Shown here in pieces: positions 8,643-15,633 of a stretch of 64,000 bases of DNA. The position numbers and the translations under genes were made by a program. The notes beneath the pieces were generated by a model. It saw only the letters and a program-made list of their open reading frames with translations, did no database searches and was not told the origin of the DNA. The DNA comes from an uncultured Alphaproteobacteria bacterium (GTDB lineage: Bacteria; Pseudomonadota; Alphaproteobacteria; Rhizobiales; Xanthobacteraceae): contig CAWBQV010000005.1 of assembly GCA_963790975.1 (NCBI GenBank), forward strand, positions 124,948 through 188,947. The letters run 5' to 3'. The stretch's first letter is position 1, and every line of letters begins with the position of its first letter.

Positions 8643-8934
8643 CTACTTGGCCGCCGCCACCGGCACTTCCACCATGGTCGTTTGACAATCGATGCTGTCG
8701 TAAACGGAGACCTGAACGAGCGGGTAGCCGGTCTTGATCGTCGTTCCGGCCGCGACCGCGGTTTCAGCCGTGGTGTAGGATCCCTTGGTCTGCCGGTCGA
8801 CCTGGAGCAAATACCGGCCGGCCTCGGGCCGCCGGCGTTGCGACAGATGCTGCTCGACCGGCTCGGGAGCAGGATCGCCCGACGACTGCGCCGAGTCGTT
8901 CGAACTCGGGCAGCTTCATCTTTCGCGCCATCAT
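8643..8934 (-). pseudogene. small conserved-looking hypothetical ORF, frame interrupted by one extra base
   Basis: Frame 1 gives MMARKMKLPE. After dropping one T of GAGTTC (plus-strand GAACTC 8902..8907) the frame reads SNDSAQSSGDPAPEPVEQHLSQRRRPEAGRYLLQVDRQTKGSYTTAETAVAAGTTIKTGYPLVQVSVYDSIDCQTTMVEVPVAAAK through to TAG at 8643..8645. Length is 292 nt = 3n+1. Confidence 0.4.
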
Positions 8935-9044
8935 TAATTGCCGCCTGACTGGCTGTGAATTCTGCATATAATCACTGCAACCTTAAGAAGCCATGAGTGC
9001 TGCGAAAGATAGTTGAAGGGGACGATTACCGGCCGGATCCTGCG

Positions 9045-9296
9045 CTAACGAAACCCCTGCCGACGCATTGCGTAAAAGGCCGCGCAAATCGTTCGCCACG
9101 CCTGCGCGATTCCTCCACCAATGTCCCTGCGCGGGCCGGCGAGATCGAAAATGTAATCGCAGCCGTCACCGTTGCAGTAATAAGTACTCATGCCGCGCAG
9201 CTTTTCGGCAGACTCGGCATTTTCATGGGCGCAATCAGGACAAATCAGGAGGATGCGCGCCGCCGATAGAGTTCGCCGGATGTCGCTGCCCCCCAT
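9045..9296 (-). CDS. small zinc-ribbon-like hypothetical protein
   Basis: 83-aa track ORF with CPDC ... CNGDGC cysteine pairs. No other evidence. Confidence 0.4.
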   Translation of the reverse strand: MGGSDIRRTLSAARILLICPDCAHENAESAEKLRGMSTYYCNGDGCDYIFDLAGPRRDIGGGIAQAWRTICAAFYAMRRQGFR

Positions 9297-9479
9297 GAAG
9301 CAATCCTCGATCGCGCAATGCCTTGAGAACGAATCGTACGCAGTCTATCAAAAGGCCGTCATGGAGCGTTGCGGCAACGCGGCTTATCCCGGCAATTATC
9401 TCCTCTCTTGAGCTTGTCGCCCGTCCTTCCGCACCGCAATATGTGCGCTGCGTTGTCGTACGACTGAAATGCTTCCACC

Positions 9480-10307
9480 ATGATCTTCTTTCTCACCAGC
9501 GCGCCGCTGTGGCTTTCCGGCTTGCTCATCGTCGGCGTGGGCACCGCCTTGTCCATGCTCGGCCCGGTTATCGTGCGCCGCTACGTGACGCTCGAACGGC
9601 TGACCGCGAACAATGAGATCGCCGGATTCAAATATGCGGTTGTGGGCGTGCTCTACGCAGTATTGCTCGCCTTCGCCATCATCGTCGTGTGGGAGAAGTT
9701 CAACGATGCCGAGGCCAATGTCGCGCAGGAGGCCGGTGCCGCGGCGACGATCTATCGGCTTTCGCAGGGCATGGGCGAGAAACCCGGAGCGGACATTCGC
9801 GGCACCGTCAGCAACTATCTCAAACTCGCCATCGCCGACGACTGGCCGGCCATGGACCGCGGGACAATGGAAGGAAGCGAACCCGCCCGGCGAGCGCTCG
9901 ACGCGGTCTACTCGGCGCTTCTGACATCCGAACCGGCTGAGCGGGGCGGCAATGCGGTGGTGGTCGAACTCCTGCATCAGCTCGATCTTATGACGGAGGC
10001 ACGCCAATCGCGGCTGATTGCCTCGCAAGGTAACGTCCCCAACGTCGTATGGCTCGTTCTCTTCGGCGGCGCCGTGGTGACGGTCGTATTCACGTTTTTC
10101 TTCGGCACCCGCAATTTGCAGGTGCAGGTCATGATGGCGGGATTGCTCGCGCTCGTGGTTTTTTCCGAGCTCTGGACTGTCGTTGCCATCGAGCGGCCAT
10201 TCACCGGGACGGTTAAGGTCGAGCCCACTGCACTTGCCAATGTGCTGGCGGATTTCGGGACCGATAGCAGCGTTGGCGCCGCCCCGCCAACGCCGCCGCA
10301 GCGATAA
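9480..10307 (+). CDS. DUF4239-like (bestrophin-like) membrane protein
   Basis: 275 aa. Hydrophobic segments at the N- and C-termini with a soluble middle region, an arrangement typical of DUF4239. Confidence 0.65.
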   Translation: MIFFLTSAPLWLSGLLIVGVGTALSMLGPVIVRRYVTLERLTANNEIAGFKYAVVGVLYAVLLAFAIIVVWEKFNDAEANVAQEAGAAATIYRLSQGMGEKPGADIRGTVSNYLKLAIADDWPAMDRGTMEGSEPARRALDAVYSALLTSEPAERGGNAVVVELLHQLDLMTEARQSRLIASQGNVPNVVWLVLFGGAVVTVVFTFFFGTRNLQVQVMMAGLLALVVFSELWTVVAIERPFTGTVKVEPTALANVLADFGTDSSVGAAPPTPPQR

Positions 10308-10451
10308 CCGGGGAAAATCGGGGAGTTTCGGGAGCTTGTCCGGCCCCGCTTGGCACGGCAGTATTGGGGTAAGGCACAAGACCTCGCCAAGAGGCACGAT
10401 CCAGAGGGCAGCGGTTATCGGAGCTGTGCCGGCACGACTTGGGGCGCGCGC

Positions 10452-11294
10452 ATGAAGAGCATTCTCGTTCCGACCGAAAACGGTGCTGCGATGGCGTCGG
10501 CGCTCGATACGGCGCTGCTGCTCGCGCAGAAATTCGACGGCTGCATCGAGGGCTTTCCGCTGCGCCCTGCCGTCGCCGATCTCGTCGCCATGGATCCCGA
10601 CAGCGGGCTCACCATGGTGGCGGTGAAGGAGAACGACGCGGAAATGGTGCGGCAGGCGGAAATGCTGTTCCGCTCGTTCATGGAGAACCATCATATCGCG
10701 CAACGCTCCGGCGACGCCGAAGCCTCGCTGTCGTGGGCGTGGCTCAACGACGCGCCGAGCGGCCACGATTTCGTCGGCAGCTACGGCCGCGTCTTCGACA
10801 TGGTCGTATTGGCGCGGCCGGGCGACGAATGGCAAAGCCCGTCGATGATCACGCTGGAATCCGCTTTGTTCGAAAGCGGACGGCCGGTGCTGATCGCGCC
10901 GCCGGCCTCGCCGCATTCGCTCGCCACCAACATCCTGATCGCCTGGAACAACAGCACCGAGCAGGCGCGCACCATGGCCGACGCCATGCCGCTTCTTCGC
11001 CTCGCCAAGCAGATCACTATTTTGACGGTCGAGGGCGCAACCGTCGCCGGTCCGAGCGGCGAGCAGATGGCGCGTTCGCTGAAACTCAACGGCCTTGCCG
11101 CCGACTGCATCGCCATGAAGCCCGCCGGCAAACGCAGCGCCGGCGAAACCATCCTCACCAAAGCCGATGAACTCGGCTGCGACCTCATCGTCAAAGGCGC
11201 CTATACGCAAAGCCGACTGCGCCAGATGATTTTTGGCGGCACCACGCGGCACATCCTTGCCAACGCCAAGCTGCCGCTGTTGATGGCGCATTGA
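10452..11294 (+). CDS. tandem-domain universal stress protein
   Basis: ATG 10452 (MKSILVPTENG...). C-terminal LIVKGAYTQSRLRQMIFGGTTRHIL is the USP ATP-binding motif. Confidence 0.85.
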   Translation: MKSILVPTENGAAMASALDTALLLAQKFDGCIEGFPLRPAVADLVAMDPDSGLTMVAVKENDAEMVRQAEMLFRSFMENHHIAQRSGDAEASLSWAWLNDAPSGHDFVGSYGRVFDMVVLARPGDEWQSPSMITLESALFESGRPVLIAPPASPHSLATNILIAWNNSTEQARTMADAMPLLRLAKQITILTVEGATVAGPSGEQMARSLKLNGLAADCIAMKPAGKRSAGETILTKADELGCDLIVKGAYTQSRLRQMIFGGTTRHILANAKLPLLMAH

Positions 11295-11743
11295 TCCCGC
11301 AATTGGCATCGCTGTTTCAGGCGCTCGCGCCGTTTTCCTTCGCGCTGCTGCGCGTCGCCGTCGGGCTCGCGCTGGTGCCGCATGGCTTGCGCAACACGTT
11401 CGGCTTTTTCGCCAATACCGGCGTGCGCGCGGCGCTCGATCTGCCGGCGCTGGCAAAGTACCTCGATGAGAACGGCTATCGCCCGGGCAGGTTCTGGGCG
11501 CCGGCGATTTCGATCACGCAGCTCGTCGGCGGACCGCTCCTTGCGCTCGGCTTGTTCACCCGTCCGGTTGCCGCCGCAGTTCTGGTCTTCCTCCTGGTCG
11601 CCAATGTCGAGCGCTGGCGCATCGGCAAGTATTTTTGGAACCAGCTCGGACTCGAATATACGCTGATGTGGACCATCGCCACGTTCTACGTTTTCGTCCA
11701 CGGCGGCGGACCTTATTCGCTCGATCGCGTTATCGGCTGGTAA
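11291..11743 (+). CDS. DoxX-family membrane protein
   Basis: 150 aa with four hydrophobic segments. LLRVAVGLALVPHGL is a DoxX-type motif. The TTG start overlaps the USP stop. Confidence 0.75.
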   Translation: MIPQLASLFQALAPFSFALLRVAVGLALVPHGLRNTFGFFANTGVRAALDLPALAKYLDENGYRPGRFWAPAISITQLVGGPLLALGLFTRPVAAAVLVFLLVANVERWRIGKYFWNQLGLEYTLMWTIATFYVFVHGGGPYSLDRVIGW

Positions 11744-11812
11744 CCCTGCGGGCTGCCACGATATCTGGTCGTGTCATGCCTTTTCGGCGGGGCACACATC
11801 GATTGCGACGCC

Positions 11813-11838
11813 TTTGCAAACGCCCGCGCCTTTGCAAA
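11813..11838. promoter_or_regulatory. two copies of the palindrome TTTGCAAA spaced 18 bp apart, upstream of the cupin gene
   Basis: CGCCTTTGCAAAC occurs twice (TTTGCAAA at 11813-11820 and 11831-11838), about 80 bp upstream of ATG 11916. Confidence 0.25.
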
Positions 11839-11915
11839 CATCTGGCGGAGCCACTATACGTCAAGCAAAGATACGCATAGGGACGCGATCGCCCATACTT
11901 TAAGGAGACAACGCC

Positions 11916-13133
11916 ATGGCCACGGTGACGATGAAGGCCCCTGCCCCGGGCGGGCTTTCCAACAAAGCGCGCGAATTGATGGAGGCCATCAACACCGAGG
12001 CCGGCAAGCATCATGTCTGGGTCCGCACGCAGGCCAATTCGCCGGCGCAGAAACCGTGGTTCAGCGAAACCAGCGGCGAAGGCTCCGGCCAGCTCGGCAC
12101 CGGGCGCGTCGCCGTCAATCAGATGAAGACGCTTCCGCACATGTGGAAGTGGCAGGAATACAGCCCCTACCTCAGTCAGATTTCCGAAATCGCAAGCAAG
12201 GCTGACGTTTCGCCGATCGAATTCGCCGACCGCCAGAGCATTCTGTTGCTCAATCCCGGACTGAACGGCCGCCTGCAAGTGACCAACACCATCCGCTGCG
12301 CCATCTCGATCTACAATCCCGGCGACGTTGCCCCGGTGCATCTGCATTCGCCCAATGCGAGCCGCACCATCCTGTCGAAAAACGGCGGCTATACCGTGGT
12401 CGAAGGCGAGAAGGTGACCGCGAACTACGGCGATCTCATTCTGACGCCGAACGGCACCTGGCACGACCACGGCAACAATTCCGCGGAGCCGGTCGTGTGG
12501 ATCGACACGCTCGACTGGCCGCTGATGGAATTCCTCGACGCCGCCTGGGTCGATCACGACATGCCCGGCGCGCAGGGCAACACCAATGTGCAGTCGGTCA
12601 CCGTGGCCGACGGCTATTCGCGCAGTCTCTACAGCCACGGCGGCATCAAGCCGACATTCGTGAATCACAATCGCGGCGTCGGCCACGATCCGGCGCCGCT
12701 GTTCCATTATCGCGGCGCGGACGTGCTGGACATGCTGCACAGCCTGCGCAACGAGAAGGGCGACGCTTACGAAGGCATCAAGGTCGACTTCGTCAATCCG
12801 GTCACCGGCGAGCCGGTGTTCAAGACGCTCAATTATTCGGCGCAACTGTTACGCCCCGGCGAAGAAACCGAATTCAAGCGCGAGACCGCCGGCACTTATT
12901 ATGTGTGCATCGAAGGCTCCGGCGTCACCGAAGTCGGCGGCAAGCGCTTCGAATGGGGCCACAACGATCTGTTCGTCGTGCCGAACTTTCTGTGGCGGCG
13001 CCATATCAATACCGGCAAGACCGACGCCGTGATCTATTCGGTGTCGGACTCGGCGCTGATGCGCAATATCGGCCAATATTACGCGCAAGGGCGCGCCAAG
13101 AATGGCAAGGTGACGGAACTGGTGCTGCACTAG
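11916..13133 (+). CDS. bicupin protein, gentisate 1,2-dioxygenase-like
   Basis: AAGGAGA Shine-Dalgarno. 405 aa. GDVAPVHLHSPNASR and TPNGTWHDHGN cupin metal-binding motifs. Confidence 0.75.
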   Translation: MATVTMKAPAPGGLSNKARELMEAINTEAGKHHVWVRTQANSPAQKPWFSETSGEGSGQLGTGRVAVNQMKTLPHMWKWQEYSPYLSQISEIASKADVSPIEFADRQSILLLNPGLNGRLQVTNTIRCAISIYNPGDVAPVHLHSPNASRTILSKNGGYTVVEGEKVTANYGDLILTPNGTWHDHGNNSAEPVVWIDTLDWPLMEFLDAAWVDHDMPGAQGNTNVQSVTVADGYSRSLYSHGGIKPTFVNHNRGVGHDPAPLFHYRGADVLDMLHSLRNEKGDAYEGIKVDFVNPVTGEPVFKTLNYSAQLLRPGEETEFKRETAGTYYVCIEGSGVTEVGGKRFEWGHNDLFVVPNFLWRRHINTGKTDAVIYSVSDSALMRNIGQYYAQGRAKNGKVTELVLH

Positions 13134-13142
13134 GCGCATCGT

Positions 13143-13493
13143 TCAGCCGCGGCTTTCGTAGAAATCGCGCGGCATGCACTGGCGTGCCGTTCGCTCCGGC
13201 TTGCCGATATTCGTCGGCGTTTTTCGTAAAATCTTCTGGCGCGTCTCCCACTGCGTCGCGGGCGGCACGCTTTTGAGCGCGCGCTTGAGACAATGGTTCG
13301 GATCGCGACGGCAGGCGCGCAGGCGCCGGCACATCTTCATCCGGCAACGCAGCCACAGCGCAAAGGCGTCGCAATAGCGCCGCTGCTGCCGCGCCCGTTC
13401 CGCCGCATAGCGTTTGGCATAGTCCGCCAGCGCGCGTTTTGGCTTCGCCGTTATTGCCGCCTCACTTGAACGCGTTCCTTGGCGCGTCCGCAT
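13143..13493 (-). CDS. Cys/Arg-rich small protein, paralog of 60101..60454
   Basis: GGAGGA Shine-Dalgarno before ATG 13493. The 40-aa core RRYCDAFALWLRCRMKMCRRLRACRRDPNHCLKRALKSVP aligns without gaps to the second copy (20/40 identical, 5 conserved Cys). Confidence 0.5.
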   Translation of the reverse strand: MRTRQGTRSSEAAITAKPKRALADYAKRYAAERARQQRRYCDAFALWLRCRMKMCRRLRACRRDPNHCLKRALKSVPPATQWETRQKILRKTPTNIGKPERTARQCMPRDFYESRG

Positions 13494-13534
13494 CCTCGTC
13501 CTCCACAATGTCAAACAGCGCACGGATTCTTCCC

Positions 13535-13685
13535 GTCACCACCGGGCACAGCCGTTCGCTGAACGGCGTCGCTTCGCTCGCCTATGCCGGTGGTCCATGC
13601 TGACGTGACGCAACGCCAGCCATTCCTAATTTTGTTTCGGCCTCTTCGCCGCATGGATTGCCGGGTCAAGCCCGGCAATGACGAA
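13535..13685. repeat. two-hairpin composite repeat, copy with a 40-nt insertion in hairpin A
   Basis: GTCACCACCGGG (13535-13546) and CCGGTGGTCCATGCTGAC (13587-13604) are split by a 40-nt insert with its own hairpin GCCGTTC/GAACGGC. The unit ends with the 33-mer ATGGATTGCCGGGTCAAGCCCGGCAATGACGAA (13653-13685). Confidence 0.8.
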
Positions 13686-13706
13686 GAAGAAGGAACGGAC
13701 GAAAGA

Positions 13707-14147
13707 GAAGGAAGCGGAACGCCGGCAGGCGCAGTATTTCATGGCCCGCACGCAAGCGGCGTGCGGGGTGCACCACGGAAGAGGCGGCTTGCGCCGCCCT
13801 CCGCTTGCGGGCGCGCTCACCTGCCGACGTTCCACCACGGTTTTCGCCAGGGAGACTCTCGTCCCCGAGGCTCAGCTCCGGGCCAGGCTTCTCGGAACAC
13901 GGCGTGGCGGGGGTTACTCCGCCGGCGCCGCGCCCGGTTGCAGCGAAGCACCCCGCATGCCGGTCATAGTGCCGGCAGGCATGATGCCCGGGCCGCCCGA
14001 GTGCAGGGCTGATGAGGCCATGCCCGCGGGACACCGCACCCGCCCCATTCCGTCCGGCATCACCCGGACGGTGTCCTATCGGGCAGGATTTGATTCGGTC
14101 ATTTTGTCACCGAAACGGTGACCGACGTCAACGAGAATGTGACGATA
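13707..14147. other. conserved hairpin-dense noncoding module, copy 1 (candidate structured RNA; strand unknown)
   Basis: Collinear nucleotide similarity to 60847-61295 with conserved stems, variable loops, non-3n indels and a compensatory base-pair change. No credible ORF. Confidence 0.4.
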
Positions 14148-14289
14148 CTTTTCCGGGCGATTGGCCTGCACTTTGGGAAAACTGACAGGCCGACCCGATC
14201 CGGTGACAAAAAAGGGGGTGCCGCCACTGGTAACAACGGGCGGCGATATCCTGATTCAGTCAAGCGCAAGGACAATCGCCATTTGACTC

Positions 14290-14382
14290 GTCACCACCGG
14301 GCTTGACCCGGTGGTCCATGCTGACTCGCCGAACGGGCGGGATTGGCGCATGGATTGCCGGGTCAAGCCCGGCAATGACGAA
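14290..14382. repeat. two-hairpin composite repeat unit
   Basis: GTCACCACCGGGCTTGACCCGGTGGTCCATGCTGACTCGCC followed by the identical 33-mer ATGGATTGCCGGGTCAAGCCCGGCAATGACGAA (14350-14382). Confidence 0.85.
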
Positions 14383-14441
14383 TGAAAAAGTGCCGCGCGA
14401 CCTCGTGCGGGCTGTTGGTTCTGTCCGGCTACCTGGGCGTC

Positions 14442-14534
14442 GTCACCACCGGGCTTGACCCGGTGGTCCATGCTGACTCGCCGGACGCGCGGCATTGCCA
14501 TATGGATTGCCGGGTCAAGCCCGGCAATGACGAA
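14442..14534. repeat. two-hairpin composite repeat unit abutting the GIY-YIG stop codon
   Basis: Same 41-nt hairpin-A segment as 14290. Identical 33-mer at 14502-14534. Confidence 0.85.
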
Positions 14535-14822
14535 TCAGACAATCTCGTCCCATAGATCGCGCCAGTCGGGATTCGTCGAGCGGATCAGGTCGATCTTCCA
14601 CCGGCGCGACCAATGTTTGATATTCTTCTCGCGTTGGATTGCGGCGATCGCCGTTGCGTGCTGCTCGTAATAGACGAGCATTTTGACATTGTGTGCATTC
14701 GTAAATCCTTCGACTGCACCTTCGCGATGCTCATAGACGCGGCGAACGAGATCCCGAGTCATGCCGACATAGAGCGTTCCGCGCGGCCGGCTTGCCAATA
14801 TATAGACCCAATAGCTTCTCAT
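14535..14822 (-). CDS. small GIY-YIG nuclease family protein
   Basis: MRSYWVYILASRPRGTLYVGMTRDLVRRVYEHREG...MLVYYE shows the GIY-(10)-YVG, Arg and Glu motifs. The longer track ORF start (14861) lies inside the repeat and is rejected. Confidence 0.85.
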   Translation of the reverse strand: MRSYWVYILASRPRGTLYVGMTRDLVRRVYEHREGAVEGFTNAHNVKMLVYYEQHATAIAAIQREKNIKHWSRRWKIDLIRSTNPDWRDLWDEIV

Positions 14823-14835
14823 GCCGGCCGTCAGC

Positions 14836-14868
14836 ATGGATTGCCGGGTCAAGCCCGGCAATGACGAA
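14836..14868. repeat. fourth identical copy of the 33-nt hairpin-B element
   Basis: ATGGATTGCCGGGTCAAGCCCGGCAATGACGAA, same orientation as the other three, 14 nt upstream of the GIY-YIG start. Confidence 0.85.
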
Positions 14869-14924
14869 ATCAGGGGCTTCTTATCGGACCTCTACCCTGC
14901 GCCGTTTGCACGGAGAGGATGAGC

Positions 14925-14960
14925 GCAAAAGCAAACGGAGCGCGGCACGCCCGCGCTCCG
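14925..14960 (-). terminator. rho-independent terminator of the 14981..15466 gene
   Basis: 10-bp GC stem CGGAGCGCGG/CCGCGCTCCG (14936-14960), followed on the minus strand by TTTGCTTTTGC. Confidence 0.7.
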
Positions 14961-14980
14961 CTGCATTTTAGCTCAGAAGA

Positions 14981-15466
14981 TCAGGCGCCTTTGAGCTTCG
15001 AATTGCATTGGCTGTAATAGCCGCCGCCCTTCATGATCCATTTCAGGCCGCCATTGCCGTTGCTGGTCTTGTTGGCCTTGTACTGATCGAGACAGGTTTC
15101 CATCCGCGCCTTGCCCGCGGAAAGTTTTGAATATTTGGTATCGACCGCGCTCGGGAACACGGCGCTGCCGGTGGCGACCGGCGCGGCCGCAGGTGCAGGC
15201 GCCGGAGCGGGCGCGGCGGCTGGCGCAGAGGCAGTCGCCGGGGCCGGCGCCGCTGCCGCCGGGGCGGCCGGCGCGGCGGTCGCGTCGGAACCGCAATTGG
15301 CCTTGCGGAAGTCGTTCCATTTCATGCCGTTGAGCGTGCCGGCGGTCTTGGCCGCCTTGTACTTGGCGCTGCACTCGGTCATCGAGAGCGCGTGGGCCGA
15401 AGTTCCTTGCAGGGCGACGGCCGCGAGCACTGCGGCGGCACATAATGCGACATAACGCGTGGTCAT
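14981..15466 (-). CDS. secreted protein with two PsiF-like Cys-pair repeats joined by an Ala/Pro linker
   Basis: GAGGAAAC Shine-Dalgarno before ATG 15466. Signal peptide MTTRYVALCAAAVLAAVALQGTSAHA. Repeats ECSAKYKAAKTAGTLNGMKWNDFRKANC and ETCLDQYKANKTSNGNGGLKWIMKGGGYYSQC. Confidence 0.55.
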   Translation of the reverse strand: MTTRYVALCAAAVLAAVALQGTSAHALSMTECSAKYKAAKTAGTLNGMKWNDFRKANCGSDATAAPAAPAAAAPAPATASAPAAAPAPAPAPAAAPVATGSAVFPSAVDTKYSKLSAGKARMETCLDQYKANKTSNGNGGLKWIMKGGGYYSQCNSKLKGA

Positions 15467-15633
15467 GGGGGTTTCCTCGTGTTGCGTGACTGATTTGCGA
15501 ATTGAGTTCCAGGCTCGGGCGGCCGCGGTCGATTCGCCGCGACCGTGACAATTCCGGTCGGCAGCGCAAAGTCTGCCACGGGCATCGCCCGAAGAAAAGC
15601 CGGTGCCAGCGCGGCGCAACATGAAGCCGCGCC

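Noticed and set aside
9396-11456. 686-aa ORF on the minus strand
   Set aside because: It is antisense to the DUF4239, USP and DoxX genes. It has shadow-frame composition (Arg/Ala/Gly/His runs) and no recognisable motifs.
14009-14015. CTGATGA, the hammerhead-ribozyme core heptamer, inside module copy 1
   Set aside because: No downstream GAAA core or matching stem II/III arrangement exists, and the motif is absent from copy 2.
13678-14121. 147-aa ORF inside module copy 1 (and the 107-aa ORF 60907..61230 inside copy 2)
   Set aside because: Composition is not protein-like. The aligned region of copy 2 carries an in-frame TGA and non-3n indels relative to copy 1, and the similarity follows stems rather than codons.
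14211-14240. AAAGGGGGTGCCGCCACTGG, vaguely reminiscent of cobalamin-riboswitch core segments
   Set aside because: There is no B12 box, no downstream gene in the right orientation, and the segment is absent from the second module copy.
13535-14868. Repeated identical 33-mers considered as a possible CRISPR array
   Set aside because: Spacing is irregular (about 660, 120 and 300 nt). The repeats are part of larger two-hairpin units. One interval contains a complete gene. No cas genes or leader are present.
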